From positions 108,645 through 172,644 of the forward strand of contig CALXMT010000002.1 in NCBI GenBank assembly GCA_944389545.1: a DNA stretch of 64,000 bases, given 5' to 3'. Below are positions 29,881-40,238 of this stretch, one piece after another; the stretch's first letter is position 1, and every line of letters begins with the position of its first letter. Source of the DNA: an uncultured Kiritimatiellota bacterium (lineage in GTDB: Bacteria > Verrucomicrobiota > Kiritimatiellia > RFP12 > DVOR01). The notes under the pieces were generated by a model, which searched no databases, was not told where the DNA came from, and saw only the letters and a program-made list of their open reading frames with translations. The translations under genes were made by a program, and so were the position numbers.

Positions 29881-30804
29881 TCAGAGCGAAGTGATGAGGA
29901 GTTTGGTGGGGGCGAAGGGGTGGAGGACGATTGTTTGGCGCGCCGGGACGAGCACGGAATCGCCCGGCATGAGGGTGAGGGGGTGGGGGCCATCGTGCTC
30001 GAGGGTCGTCTTGCCTTCGGCGCAGAAGAGAATCATGAAGCTCTGGCCCGTGGTGTGGAGGGTGCGGCTACGGGAGAGGTTGAGGGTGGCGAAGTCGAAG
30101 ATAGGCGTGGAGAGGCGCGGACGGAGGTCCCGCTTGGTGGCGGGCGGCGGGAGGGCCATGGTTTGGAGCTCTGTGCGGATGGCGACACGGGCGGCCTCAG
30201 GTTGGGTGGGGCGCCCCCGCCCCCAGTCGTGCACACGCAGGGTGGTGTCGCTGGATTGCTGGACCTCGTAGAGCAAGTTACCGGGACCGATACAATGAAC
30301 CAGGCCCGGGGGGATGTCGTAGACCTCGCCGGGATGGGTCACATGGGAGACCAGGGAAGTCTCTGCGAGGTTGGTGAGGTCGGCGTTCGGGCGGAGGCCG
30401 GCCCAGAGCATGGCGTTTGGCGCGGCATCGAGGACGTACCACATCTCGTGCTTGGGGTTCCCACCGATGACTTTCGCGGCCTCGGCATCCGGGTGGACCT
30501 GGACGGAGAGCCGGCTATGGACGTCCAAGATCTTGATGAGGAGCGGGAAGCGCTCCGGGTCCGGAGCCTTGGTACCGATCAAGTCGCGGCCAAAGGTTTG
30601 GGTGAGCTTCCCGAGGTCGACCCCTTCGAAGGGACCGTTCGTGACGATGCTTTCGTGCCCGGGCAGACCGCAAATCTCCCAGCTTTCCGCGCAGGGACGC
30701 GGGGTGTTGGCGCGGTTGTAACGCGTGGCAATGGCATCGCCGCCCCAGATGTAATCGCGATACTGGGGGCGGAACATGAGCGGATAGAGCGAATGGGTCT
30801 TCAT
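29881..30804 (-). CDS. manA: mannose-6-phosphate isomerase, class I (cupin)
   Basis: LMFRPQYRDYIWGG, SVQVHPD and PGLVHCIG motifs. Confidence 0.7.
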   Translation of the reverse strand: MKTHSLYPLMFRPQYRDYIWGGDAIATRYNRANTPRPCAESWEICGLPGHESIVTNGPFEGVDLGKLTQTFGRDLIGTKAPDPERFPLLIKILDVHSRLSVQVHPDAEAAKVIGGNPKHEMWYVLDAAPNAMLWAGLRPNADLTNLAETSLVSHVTHPGEVYDIPPGLVHCIGPGNLLYEVQQSSDTTLRVHDWGRGRPTQPEAARVAIRTELQTMALPPPATKRDLRPRLSTPIFDFATLNLSRSRTLHTTGQSFMILFCAEGKTTLEHDGPHPLTLMPGDSVLVPARQTIVLHPFAPTKLLITSL

Positions 30805-31946
30805 GATGCGGCGAAACGGTCTACGGAAGCCTCGGCCTGGCGGAGGATGGCGTCGAAGGGGGCCGGTCCGGCGGCCAAGGCTTCCTCGATGACGGCTGCG
30901 ATACGGTCAGCGGTGATACGGCCGGCGAGGAAGGCGCGCACGGCGACCTCGTTGGCCAGGGTCAGGATCGGGTGCGTCCACGTGCCCTGTGGCAAGGCCT
31001 CGAAGACCAGGTGCAGGCAGGGGAAACGCGACAAATCGGGTTCGATGAACTCCAAGCCTTGCATCTGTGCAAGGGACAAGGGCTCGACGGGCGCATCGGC
31101 GGCGCGGTCCGGCCACGTGAGCGCGTATTGGATGGGCAGGGCCATGTCCGCCACGCCAAGCTGGGCCAGGAGCGCCCCATCGCGGAAGCGCACGAGGGAA
31201 TGGACAATGCTCTGCGGATGGATCCAGACGCGGAGTTGGTCCGGACGGAGGTTGAAGAGGTGGATGGCCTCGATGAGCTCCAGGCCTTTGTTCATCATGG
31301 TGGCAGAATCGATGGTCACCTTCGGCCCCATGCGCCACCGCGGGTGATTGAGCGCCTCGGCAACAGTGACACGCTTCCAATCCAACTCCTTGCGTCGCAG
31401 GAAGGGCCCTCCGCTGGCCGTGAGGATGGCCTCCGCAACACGCGCCTCCGCGGCCGGCTCATCGGCCGTGCGGACGCAGGCGGGGCGGTAGGCCTCGCCT
31501 TGGAGGGCCTGGAAGAGGGCGGAGTGCTCGGAGTCCAAGGGCAGGATTCGCACGCCCTTGGCGGCACGGCGGCGCATGACCTCCTCGCCGGCCATGACGA
31601 GCACCTCTTTGGTGGCGAGGGCCACATCATGCCCGGCCTCGATGGCCGCGAGGGTCGGCTCATAGCCCGCCATGCCGGCGATGGCCATCACCGTCAAATC
31701 GGCGTCCGGGTGTGCGGCCAGGTCGCAGAGGGCTTGCTTGCCGTGGGGGATGGTGGGGTCGTCGGAGTCCGCGAGGGCCAAGTTGCGCACGTTGAAGCGT
31801 GCGGCCAACTCCCGCAATTTCGCGGTGTCGCGTCCTGCGGCCAGGCCGACGACCTCGAAGAGGTCCGGATGCGCGGCGATCACGCGGAGCGTGCTCGCTC
31901 CGATGGAACCTGTTGCGCCAAGGATGACCAGGCGTTTTCTTCGCAT
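30801..31946 (-). CDS. dxr: 1-deoxy-D-xylulose 5-phosphate reductoisomerase
   Basis: LVILGATGSIGASTLRVIAAHPDLFEVVGLAAGRD, DSEHSA and the full DXR C-terminus. Confidence 0.9.
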   Translation of the reverse strand: MRRKRLVILGATGSIGASTLRVIAAHPDLFEVVGLAAGRDTAKLRELAARFNVRNLALADSDDPTIPHGKQALCDLAAHPDADLTVMAIAGMAGYEPTLAAIEAGHDVALATKEVLVMAGEEVMRRRAAKGVRILPLDSEHSALFQALQGEAYRPACVRTADEPAAEARVAEAILTASGGPFLRRKELDWKRVTVAEALNHPRWRMGPKVTIDSATMMNKGLELIEAIHLFNLRPDQLRVWIHPQSIVHSLVRFRDGALLAQLGVADMALPIQYALTWPDRAADAPVEPLSLAQMQGLEFIEPDLSRFPCLHLVFEALPQGTWTHPILTLANEVAVRAFLAGRITADRIAAVIEEALAAGPAPFDAILRQAEASVDRFAAS

Positions 31947-31952
31947 GCCGTC

Positions 31953-32981
31953 TTAGCCTAGGATGAGCCCACCCAGCGCGACCATGAAGATGAAGGCCGC
32001 CGGAACGAAGATGAGGCTGTCGAAGGTGTCGAAGAAACCGCCCATCGCGGGGAAGAGCGCGGAGGAATCCTTCACGCCGCACTGGCGCTTGAAGAGCGAT
32101 TCCAGCAGATCCCCGCAGATGCCCACCGTCACCAACACGATGACCGTCAGCAAGGCCCACATGACCTTCGCAGGCGTATTCGTCAATGCCCGAACAAAGT
32201 CCAAGCAGGCGGCCTCCTTAAAGATATAAGCCGCAGCGATGATGACAAGCGCGCCGATTAGGGAGACGACATAACCGCCAAATGTCCCTTCCCAGGTTTT
32301 GCCCGGGGAAAGGCGCGGGCACATCTTATGGCTACCCAACATCGTCCCTACGAAGTAGGCCCCCGTGTCGGAGAGCTTGGTGACCAAGACCAACGAGAAG
32401 GCCATGAAGATACCCGCCGAGACATCAAATTTCGGGCAGAGCGCAATCGGGACGAGGAAGGAGAGCAGATAAGGCACATAGATGAAGGCGCCGACGGCCA
32501 AAGCCGCCGTCTCCATCGGCTTCTGCGCGCGCCGGGAGAGAAGGACGCGGAAGAAGAGCACCATCACAAAGATGGGGAGCAACACAAAGGGCAGGAGTAT
32601 CGTCAGGCCCAACTCGTTCGGCGTTTTGTTGGCATAGTGCATCGTCAGGTACATCGCGGTGTACCACAGCGCCGTCATGACGGACATCCAGAAGAAGGGC
32701 AAGACATAACCCACCCGCTTGAGCATGGAGCGCAACTCAAAGAGGCAGATCAGCGCGGAGAGCGCCAACAAAATCACCAACGACCAGGGCGGTAGGAAGA
32801 AAATGGCCAACACCCATAGTGCCGCCACGACGAGTCCGCAAAGGATACGCGCCGGATTGGGCTTCCGAATCGCAACCTTCGGCTGCTCATCCTGCGGTTG
32901 TGGTCCCTCCAGACGCGGCGGTTGCGTATCGGCGGGGTTCGCACCGTTCGCGGTCGTATCGGGTATCAAGTCGTTGGACAT
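31953..32981 (-). CDS. cdsA: phosphatidate cytidylyltransferase (start at internal MSNDLIPD; upstream part of listed ORF runs through a repeat region)
   Basis: SPGKTWEG and KRQCGVKDSSALFPAMGGFFDTFDSL motifs; the cdsA-dxr arrangement is classical. Confidence 0.8.
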   Translation of the reverse strand: MSNDLIPDTTANGANPADTQPPRLEGPQPQDEQPKVAIRKPNPARILCGLVVAALWVLAIFFLPPWSLVILLALSALICLFELRSMLKRVGYVLPFFWMSVMTALWYTAMYLTMHYANKTPNELGLTILLPFVLLPIFVMVLFFRVLLSRRAQKPMETAALAVGAFIYVPYLLSFLVPIALCPKFDVSAGIFMAFSLVLVTKLSDTGAYFVGTMLGSHKMCPRLSPGKTWEGTFGGYVVSLIGALVIIAAAYIFKEAACLDFVRALTNTPAKVMWALLTVIVLVTVGICGDLLESLFKRQCGVKDSSALFPAMGGFFDTFDSLIFVPAAFIFMVALGGLILG

Positions 32982-33039
32982 CGTTCTGCTCCTTTCTCGG
33001 ACTTCACAATAAATGATACCAGAATGGCGCAGTAAAGGA

Positions 33040-33215
33040 AAGTCGGGCGCAGACGCGCCCCGGAGAACAGAGAACAGAGAACAGAGCGTGCAGGCCCAAA
33101 GGGCCAAACCTTCCACGGCCACAGAACGCCCCTGCGGAGCGACGGGCGGAGCGGTGGGAGGGTGTGGAAGATTTACCCTGCGGGGCTGACACGAAGAACA
33201 CGAAGGACCACAAAG
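33040..33215. repeat. mosaic intergenic repeat (GGGCGCAGACGCGCCC hairpin, GAGAACA heptads, CAGGCCCAAAGGGCCAAACCTTCCACGGCCAC module)
   Basis: Same module at 22640-22735 and a partial copy at 33395-33475. The hairpin can serve as the trkH terminator. Confidence 0.65.
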
Positions 33216-33512
33216 ACACACGAAGGACTGCCAGAATAGGGGACCGCAGATGTTGCTTCGTTTCGCTCGAAAGACCTTCGGGAGTTGCAGATTTTGGCAA
33301 ATTAAGGGCGTACTATCGCACGCAGGACGCGTGATTGGAAGTTTGGAGGCTTGGACAGGTTCCACGCTACGCGACTATCACAAAGGACTCAAAGAAGCAC
33401 CGTGCAGGCGCAAAGCGCCAACCTCCCACGGCCACAGTGAACGGAACACCCCTGAGGGCGATGGGCGGAGCCGAAACTCAAGCCTCTGAGCTTCCAAATT
33501 TCTATTTGGGGA

Positions 33513-35078
33513 TTAGCCGACGGAGACGGTTTCCTCGGGATAGCGGACGTGTGGGGCTTGGGCGCGGGAGGCCATCATGAGGGCGAGGGAGACGGGGCCG
33601 ATACGGCCCAGGAACATGGCGAGAGAGATGAGCAGTCGGCCAATCTGGGAGAGGTCGCCGGTGGCATCAAGGGTGACGCCGACAGTGCCGAGCGCAGAGG
33701 AGACTTCGTAGAAGAGGGCGAACTCGCCGTGTTTGGCGATGAGGGTGTGTTCGGTGAAGAGGAGGATGAAGTAGAGCAGGAAGAGGGTGGTGAGGTAGAA
33801 GAAGAGGATGACCATGGCCTCGCGGCAGATGGAATCGGGGATGGTGCGGCGGTGGAGTTGGACGTCCGGATTGCCGCGAATATAGGCACGGATGGTGAGG
33901 AGGACGACGACGAGGGTGGTGGTCTTGATGCCGCCGGCCATGGAGCCCGGCGCGCCGCCAATGAGCATGAGGAGGACGGAGAAGACGTTGGCGGGGTGAG
34001 AGACTTCTCCCATGGGGATGGCGTTGAAGCCGGCGGTTCGGAAGAAGACGGTTTGGGCGACGCCGGCGCAGGCCTCCTCGAAGTCCGTGCCGAGGGCGAT
34101 GAGGGCGTCGCGCCAGGCACCGTCCGTGAGGGAGGCCCAGAGGCCTGGGGCGGAGGGGTCGTGGACGAGGGAGCCGTTCCACTCGAGGGCGGAGAAGAGA
34201 ATGCCGCCGCCGATGGAGAGGATGAGACTCATCCAGAGGACAATGCGGGCCTGGAGGATGATGTGGCCGCGTCGGCGGAGATCGCGCCGCCAGAAGCGGT
34301 AGCGGAAGACGTTGGAGAGGACGAGGAAGCCGATGCCGCCGGCGGCGACGAGCAGGGCGATGATAATCATGTAGGCCGCATCGCCACGCATGTCCAAGAG
34401 ATTGTTGGGATGGAGGGAGATGCCGGCGTTGCAGAAGGCGGAGACGGCGTGGAAGACGGAGAACCAGACGGCTTTGCCCAATTCGTAGCCGTGGGCGAGA
34501 TAGTATCGGAAGAAGAGGAGGATGGCGCCGGCGATCTCGAAGGTGAGGACGTAGCGGAAGGTCTGGGAGAGGAGGCTGGCGGGGCGGCCGCTCGAGCCGA
34601 AGCTGATGGCGATTTGACGTTCGCCGCCGAATGGAACGCGGCCGAGCAGGATGGAGACGATAAGCGTGCCGAGGGCGACCAAGCTGATGCCGCCGAGCTG
34701 GATGCAGCCCAGGAGGACCAACTGACCGAAGAAGGTGTAGGTCTTGGGGACGGAGACGACGGTGAGGCCCGTGACGCAGGAGGCCGAGGTGGCCATGAAG
34801 AGGTTGTCGATGAGGGCCTCGGCGACTTTGGCCCAAGTGAAGGGGCGCCCCGGGGAGAGCCAGGCCCAACAGTGGTCGCTTTGGGCCCAGGGGGAGCAGA
34901 GGAGGAGGGTGCCGATGGCGATGAGCGCCAGGAAGGTGACGGCGAGGGTGCGATAAGGGTTGAAGGGGGCACGCTTCGCGGGACCCGCGCGGCGCGTTGG
35001 CTGGGGGGTGGGAAGATCGCGGAGGCGGTCGCGATAGTCGCGGAGCGCCTGGGCCTGCGAAGTGGTGTCAAGAGTCAC
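33513..35078 (-). CDS. trkH: Trk/Ktr-type potassium uptake transporter membrane subunit
   Basis: 521 aa polytopic protein with repeated M-P-M units and selectivity-filter-like glycines (e.g. GFNA..G, GGAPGSMAGGIKTTT). Confidence 0.75.
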   Translation of the reverse strand: MTLDTTSQAQALRDYRDRLRDLPTPQPTRRAGPAKRAPFNPYRTLAVTFLALIAIGTLLLCSPWAQSDHCWAWLSPGRPFTWAKVAEALIDNLFMATSASCVTGLTVVSVPKTYTFFGQLVLLGCIQLGGISLVALGTLIVSILLGRVPFGGERQIAISFGSSGRPASLLSQTFRYVLTFEIAGAILLFFRYYLAHGYELGKAVWFSVFHAVSAFCNAGISLHPNNLLDMRGDAAYMIIIALLVAAGGIGFLVLSNVFRYRFWRRDLRRRGHIILQARIVLWMSLILSIGGGILFSALEWNGSLVHDPSAPGLWASLTDGAWRDALIALGTDFEEACAGVAQTVFFRTAGFNAIPMGEVSHPANVFSVLLMLIGGAPGSMAGGIKTTTLVVVLLTIRAYIRGNPDVQLHRRTIPDSICREAMVILFFYLTTLFLLYFILLFTEHTLIAKHGEFALFYEVSSALGTVGVTLDATGDLSQIGRLLISLAMFLGRIGPVSLALMMASRAQAPHVRYPEETVSVG

Positions 35079-35761
35079 AGCTTGAGCTCCTCCGGGGAGG
35101 GTGGGCGCAGGTGCGCGCCGGGATAGGGGATGCCGAGGGCCTCGTATTTATGGATCCCGAGCTCGTGGTAGGGGAGGCGGTCGATGCGCTGGACATTGAG
35201 GCCTTGGAGGAGGGCGCGGGTGGCGTCTTTCTCGGCGGGGGTGTCGTTGAGGCCGTGCGCAACGACCTGGCGGACCCAGATGGGTTTTTGCGTTGCGCGA
35301 AGGTGGTCCAGGTTGCGCCAGTAGGGCGCGGGGTCGGCGCCGGTGACGGCACGGAAACCCTCCTGTGTGGGGCTTTTGACGTCGAGGAGGATGAGGTCGG
35401 CGGCATCAAGGACGGCGCGGGTGTCCGGGGTGTCAACACCGCCGGAGGTGTCGACGGCGACGTGGAAGCCTTCGTCGTGGAGCGCCTGGATGGCGGCGAG
35501 GAGGGGCTTGGCCTGGAGGAGCGGTTCCCCGCCGGAGAAGGTGACGCCGCCATCTTGACCGAGGTAGGGGCGCATGCGGACGGCCCTGCGGACGAGGTCG
35601 GGAATCGTCGTCTCGGTGCCGCCTTGGGGCGACCAGGTGTCAGGATTGTGGCAGAAGAGGCAACGGAGGGGACACCCCTGGAGGAAGACGACGAGACGAA
35701 TGCCGGGGCCATCGACGGCACCGAAACTCTCGTAAGAATGGACGCGGAGGGTGGGGGTCAT
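35075..35761 (-). CDS. pflA: glycyl-radical enzyme activating protein (pyruvate formate-lyase activase-like, radical SAM); start at internal MTPTLRVHSYESFG
   Basis: HSYESFGAVDGPGIRLVVFLQGCPLRCLFCHNPDTW, the CxxxCxxC radical-SAM cluster in PflA context. Confidence 0.75.
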   Translation of the reverse strand: MTPTLRVHSYESFGAVDGPGIRLVVFLQGCPLRCLFCHNPDTWSPQGGTETTIPDLVRRAVRMRPYLGQDGGVTFSGGEPLLQAKPLLAAIQALHDEGFHVAVDTSGGVDTPDTRAVLDAADLILLDVKSPTQEGFRAVTGADPAPYWRNLDHLRATQKPIWVRQVVAHGLNDTPAEKDATRALLQGLNVQRIDRLPYHELGIHKYEALGIPYPGAHLRPPSPEELKL

Positions 35762-36531
35762 GGGGCGCGACGGAGCAATTCGAAGACTTTGTAGATGTAT
35801 TTCGGGGCCATCATGGGCAGGCAACAGCGGATGCCGTTGAGACGGTTGGCGCGGACAATCTCGCGGTTGAGGCGGATTTTGGCTTGGAGACCATCGGTGG
35901 AGAGTCCACCCAGGCGCATGGCGGTGGTGCAGAAGGGGAGGTAACGGGCTCGGGCGCCGGAGCGGAAGAGGCGGACGAGGAACTCGTGGTCGGCGGCGAT
36001 ACGCATATCGGTGCGATAGCCGCCCAAGCGCAAGAGGACCTCGCGGCGGATGGCAAAACTCGGGTGCGGGGGGATGAGTCCCCAGCGGAGCATCCAGGGG
36101 CGCCAGAAGCCGCCGGCGTAGTAGCGGCGGGTGGGGGCGTCACGCGTGGTGGCGTCGCGGGCGATGAAACGGATGTCGGCATAGACGGCATCGAGTGACG
36201 GATCTTCGAGGAAGGGGGCGCACCAACGGGCGAGCACGTCGTCGGCATTGAGGATGTCATCGGCGTGAAGGAGCACGATGAGGTCGCCGGAGGCACGGGT
36301 GATGGCCTTGTTGAGGGCATCGTAGAGGCCGGCGTCCGGTTCGCTGACCCAACGAAGGCGTCCGTTGAAGCGGGGCTCCCACTCACGGAGCAGATCGAGC
36401 GTGCCATCGGTGGAGAGACCGTCCTGGACGAGCAGTTCGTAGTCCGCGCCCTGCTGACGGGACAGGCTGTCGAGGGCGGTGGCGAGGGTGGCGACGTTGT
36501 TGCGGCAGGCGGTGATGACGGAGAGCTTCAT
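35758..36531 (-). CDS. family-2 glycosyltransferase (start at internal MKLSVITAC)
   Basis: MKLSVITACRNNVATLATALDSL...LVQDGLSTDGT...HADDIL (GT2 DxD fold); ATGA-coupled to the pflA-like gene. Confidence 0.7.
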   Translation of the reverse strand: MKLSVITACRNNVATLATALDSLSRQQGADYELLVQDGLSTDGTLDLLREWEPRFNGRLRWVSEPDAGLYDALNKAITRASGDLIVLLHADDILNADDVLARWCAPFLEDPSLDAVYADIRFIARDATTRDAPTRRYYAGGFWRPWMLRWGLIPPHPSFAIRREVLLRLGGYRTDMRIAADHEFLVRLFRSGARARYLPFCTTAMRLGGLSTDGLQAKIRLNREIVRANRLNGIRCCLPMMAPKYIYKVFELLRRAP

Positions 36532-36839
36532 GGCGTCACTCCCATTTCTTTCAAGTCGTTGCAGTTGGCGAAGGCCGGGTCGCCTGCACCGGATTCCAAG
36601 ACACTCCGGGCGCGCCAACCACCCCAGACCCACAGACGGCCCGGCTTGACGCCAAGGGTTTGGCGGACGAGTTTGCCACGGCGGTCGTAGAAGCGCACAT
36701 CGATGGGGAAGCGCATGCCGAGCGTGTGGATGGCGCGGCAGGGCGCGATGAGCAAAGCCTGGCCGGCGGGCAAGGCATCCCGACCCAGCAGGCCTCGCAT
36801 TCGGGACAAAGGCGTACGTGCGACCTCCACCTTAGTCAT
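36528..36839 (-). CDS. DUF192 family protein
   Basis: 103 aa; RGLLGR...GQALLIAPCRAIHTLGMRFPIDVRFYD matches the DUF192/COG1430 core. Confidence 0.6.
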   Translation of the reverse strand: MTKVEVARTPLSRMRGLLGRDALPAGQALLIAPCRAIHTLGMRFPIDVRFYDRRGKLVRQTLGVKPGRLWVWGGWRARSVLESGAGDPAFANCNDLKEMGVTP

Positions 36840-38355
36840 GGGGCATCTTTCCTTCGGCCCAGAGGGTTGGCCACCACACTTGCATGAAGCGGCGGAGCGT
36901 CTCCTCGCCCTCCGGCGTGCGGAAGTCCACGGAGTCGCAACGGATGGTAACCATGGCCCAACGGCGGATACGGTTGTGGAGCGAGCGTTCCAAGGTGTCG
37001 CCGACCACGCGGCGGAGGTTGGAGACGGTGGCGCCGTCGGAGTTGAGGAAGACGTAGGCGAAGCCGCTCATGCGGGTCTCTTGCTCGCGGTGGATGGAGA
37101 AGAGGGCTACGGGCACGCCGGGCAGGATGTCGCGGACATCGCGTTCGCTGAGGATGTAGCCTTGGGCGGGAAGGCAGAGCTCGGGGCGGTGGATGGAGCG
37201 ACGGCTGTGGCCGGCAATGACGACGGCGATGGTGAAGGAGGTGCCGTCCGGAAGGGTGTAGATGGCCTTGCGGGTGGTGGTGTCGGCGGGGAGGATGTCG
37301 CGCTCGGCGCGGCTCATGCGGTCAAACTCGTGGCCACCGCAAAGGGGGCAGGACTCCGGCGGATTGCCTTCGACCTCGTAGGCCTGTTCCCAAGGGCAAT
37401 CGCGGCCTTGGCAGAACCAGGGATAGCGCAGGGTGCACCTCTCGAGGGGGGCAAAGTCGGGGGCGATGAAGTCGGCGTCCTCGTAGACGGGTTCGGGCAT
37501 GGTGCCGACCCAGGCGCGGAAGGTTGGCAAGGCGCAGGCCAGGACGCAGAGGAGCGAGACGCTGAAGCGGAGATAGCGGGGAGAGGGGGGCGGCGGCGGG
37601 GTGGGGGTGGGCACCTCCGTTTTGTCGTTGCGGCGAAGGCGGTCGGCCAGCCAGAAGACACAGAGGGCGTAGACGGGGGCGACAATGAAGAGGGCGTTGT
37701 CGTGAAGCACCATGCCGGCGCTTTGGCCCCAGAGCTTGCACGTGAAGGCGGTGAGCAAGAGACGCAGGATGTTGCCCAAGAAGGCGATGGGCAGGCTGGA
37801 GAGGAAGAGCGCCCAGCGACGCCAGACGCCGCGCAACATAAAGGCGCCGTAGGCAGCCGTGCCCACGAAGAGGGCGACGAGCGACCGGATGCCGCTGCAG
37901 GGGTCGGCGACGTCGAGCTGGAAGGGGGGCACGCCGGTGGAGATGATGGCGGTGCCCTGCTGATGGACCTCGATGCCCAGGCCGTTCAGGATGACCGCCG
38001 TGACGGTGACCGAGGCCTTGCGCAGGGGCACGGTGAAGTTGTCCAGGAAGCCCACGGGCATCACGAAGGCCAGCAGGATGATGGGGAACCAAGCGACCTT
38101 GAAGGCGCTTTTCCCGTAGCACGCCAAGGGCGCGGCCAAGAGGAGCAAGACGGCGGCGGTCTGAATGAAACGCGATTGGCCGCCGCGCGCACCCAGGAAG
38201 AAGAATGCCGCAGCCACCAGAATGATGGGTAGGGCGGCCAAGGGGTTGGGCGCGCCCAACGAAGCCAGGAGCGGTTTGCGTCGTGCCCAGAGCACGGCGG
38301 CGGCCAAAACCGGCACCAGCCAGACATATTCCATGTTCTGAGAGGCGTCTGTCAT
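36832..38355 (-). CDS. exosortase (XrtA-like) fused to C-terminal EpsI-family domain; start tentatively at MTDASQ
   Basis: Eight TM helices with DPCSGIRSL (exosortase Cys motif) and NILRLLL (conserved Arg). C-terminal soluble domain carries CxxGxxC...CPLCGGHEF. The listed ORF N-terminal extension overlaps the upstream gene. Confidence 0.65.
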   Translation of the reverse strand: MTDASQNMEYVWLVPVLAAAVLWARRKPLLASLGAPNPLAALPIILVAAAFFFLGARGGQSRFIQTAAVLLLLAAPLACYGKSAFKVAWFPIILLAFVMPVGFLDNFTVPLRKASVTVTAVILNGLGIEVHQQGTAIISTGVPPFQLDVADPCSGIRSLVALFVGTAAYGAFMLRGVWRRWALFLSSLPIAFLGNILRLLLTAFTCKLWGQSAGMVLHDNALFIVAPVYALCVFWLADRLRRNDKTEVPTPTPPPPPSPRYLRFSVSLLCVLACALPTFRAWVGTMPEPVYEDADFIAPDFAPLERCTLRYPWFCQGRDCPWEQAYEVEGNPPESCPLCGGHEFDRMSRAERDILPADTTTRKAIYTLPDGTSFTIAVVIAGHSRRSIHRPELCLPAQGYILSERDVRDILPGVPVALFSIHREQETRMSGFAYVFLNSDGATVSNLRRVVGDTLERSLHNRIRRWAMVTIRCDSVDFRTPEGEETLRRFMQVWWPTLWAEGKMPHD

Positions 38356-38444
38356 CGCGCCGATGGTCTCATTCACCGCCGGGAAGACCCACGCCAGCGA
38401 GCACAGCAAGAAGAATGCGCAGGGCAGATGACGCAAATATCGAC

Positions 38445-39875
38445 TCACTGGGCACCCCCTTTCGCGTGCGATGGAAGGTCTGCAAAGACATGGAAGATCC
38501 GGTCCTTGCGCAGTTCGACCGTGCCCAAATAGTGTTGGCGCGGTTCCCAAGGGGTTTTCTCCGGTACGATGGAGATGTCGGCCTCGGTGTAGGAATAATC
38601 GCAAGTCACGCTGGTGGCCACCGACCGCAGGGGCCAAAGGAGGGCGGCACAGTCTTCGGGATTCCAGAGGTTTGGGGCATCCGCGAGGATTCGGATCCGC
38701 GGGCTGTGGGTGGCCGGGGCCGTGTGAGCCTTGGCCAAGCACTCAATGGCGGCCTTTTGCGTGCCACGACTCGGGATTCTTTCCCAGGCCTCACCGGTGG
38801 TCCAGAAGAGCCAAACCGTGAGGAAGACGAGCACCAATCCACCGAGGATCCCGCGGCCCCAGGGTTTCGGGATGGTGGAGAGCGCCACGCCGCCCATAAG
38901 CGGCGTCAGGCAGGCCAACGGCACGGCCAGTGCGCCACCTTTGTCGAAGAAGAGAGAACCGATGAGGCAGAACGGAAAGGCCGCGGCCATCAAGCGTGCC
39001 CAGCGACGGTCGTTGCGCCACCCGCCCCAGATTGTGAGCCCCAACCAAGCCAACACCGCCAAACCGCCCGCGCAGAGCCAGACCAACCGCCAAGTGGATT
39101 CCCGCAACCAGTCCCCTGCGACGGTGTTGAACGTGGGCAACTCCAACGCGCCGCCGCACCATCCCGTCCAGGCCAGTGCCCCCCACACGAGGGCCAATGC
39201 CGCGACCATCGCCACGATGTGTGTCGTGCGCCAATAGAGGCAGAGACGCGTCCAGCCCACGCCGATGGCCATTGCCGGAGCCAAGGCCAAGAGGACCCAG
39301 ACGACGTTGGGGTCAACGGCTATCCCGATGGCCACAATTGTTCCGAAGAGGATGGCGGCCACATAGGTCGGCCATTGTGCATAGGCCCGAGCCGCAATCA
39401 AAAGCGCCAAGAAGGCGAACGCTTGCCCCGCAAAAGGCGTAAAGAGCGTACCGGACCAGACCAACGCCGGCGAAACGGCGGCGAAGGCCATCGCCCACAG
39501 CGGCCCATCGGCGGTCTCGAAGACGCCGCCACGTCGCCGCAAGCCGAGCGCCGGGATGAGCGCCAAGAAGAGCACGGAGAGGGTTAACCCGAAGGTGCGA
39601 TAACATCTGGCGGTTGGCGGAGTCTCGGTGCCTTCATGGAGGAAGCGCGCAAAAAGCGCGGAAGAAAGGAGGAAGGGGGAGGGGCGCTCCACCACGCCCT
39701 CCGGCCAATCAGTCGTGTCCAAGCCCTCGCCAATCGTAGCCGCACCCAAGAGCGCGGGGGCTTCTTCCGGTACCGGCAGGGGCGCGTTCACGTTCTGCGA
39801 ACGGAACCCTATGCCCATGGCCACAATCGCCAAGAACACCAGAATCTCTATCGAGACAATCCAAAGTTTGCGCAT
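38445..39875 (-). CDS. hypothetical polytopic membrane protein (possible glycosyltransferase/ligase-like)
   Basis: 476 aa, at least 10 predicted TM helices, adjacent to the exosortase; no diagnostic motif. Confidence 0.4.
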   Translation of the reverse strand: MRKLWIVSIEILVFLAIVAMGIGFRSQNVNAPLPVPEEAPALLGAATIGEGLDTTDWPEGVVERPSPFLLSSALFARFLHEGTETPPTARCYRTFGLTLSVLFLALIPALGLRRRGGVFETADGPLWAMAFAAVSPALVWSGTLFTPFAGQAFAFLALLIAARAYAQWPTYVAAILFGTIVAIGIAVDPNVVWVLLALAPAMAIGVGWTRLCLYWRTTHIVAMVAALALVWGALAWTGWCGGALELPTFNTVAGDWLRESTWRLVWLCAGGLAVLAWLGLTIWGGWRNDRRWARLMAAAFPFCLIGSLFFDKGGALAVPLACLTPLMGGVALSTIPKPWGRGILGGLVLVFLTVWLFWTTGEAWERIPSRGTQKAAIECLAKAHTAPATHSPRIRILADAPNLWNPEDCAALLWPLRSVATSVTCDYSYTEADISIVPEKTPWEPRQHYLGTVELRKDRIFHVFADLPSHAKGGAQ

Positions 39876-40117
39876 AATTACTCACCATTTTAGCAAACCA
39901 TGCCGCCTTCGTGCCCGTTGCTTTTTTGTAAGCAATAGTATCCGGGGAAATCGACAAGCCTCCTTTTCCCGCAAAAACGCCAATGTGCGCGAAGCCAGAT
40001 GGGCTAACGCCGGTCGCTTTGCGGGCTAAACGCCCGCTGATCGCACCCTCCCGCCCATCGTCTTCGCGCTTGGGCCGTCTTAAGAAGTCCTTTTGGCGCA
40101 GGGAAGTGGGGCGCGGG

Positions 40118-40140
40118 AGGGCGCACGACCGTGCGCCCGG
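40118..40140 (-). terminator. hairpin GGGCGCACG-ACC-GTGCGCCC after arginase-family gene
   Basis: Perfect 9-bp GC stem; a solo MITE TIR lies at 40168-40206 between it and the arginase-family gene stop at 40239. Confidence 0.5.
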
Positions 40141-40238
40141 CGTTAGCGCCCCACTTTTCCTGCAAGATTTGCGTCTTTGCGGTCTCCATTTTCCCCGGAC
40201 ATATTGTTTTGTAAACGAGCGTCACTTGCTGGACGCGC

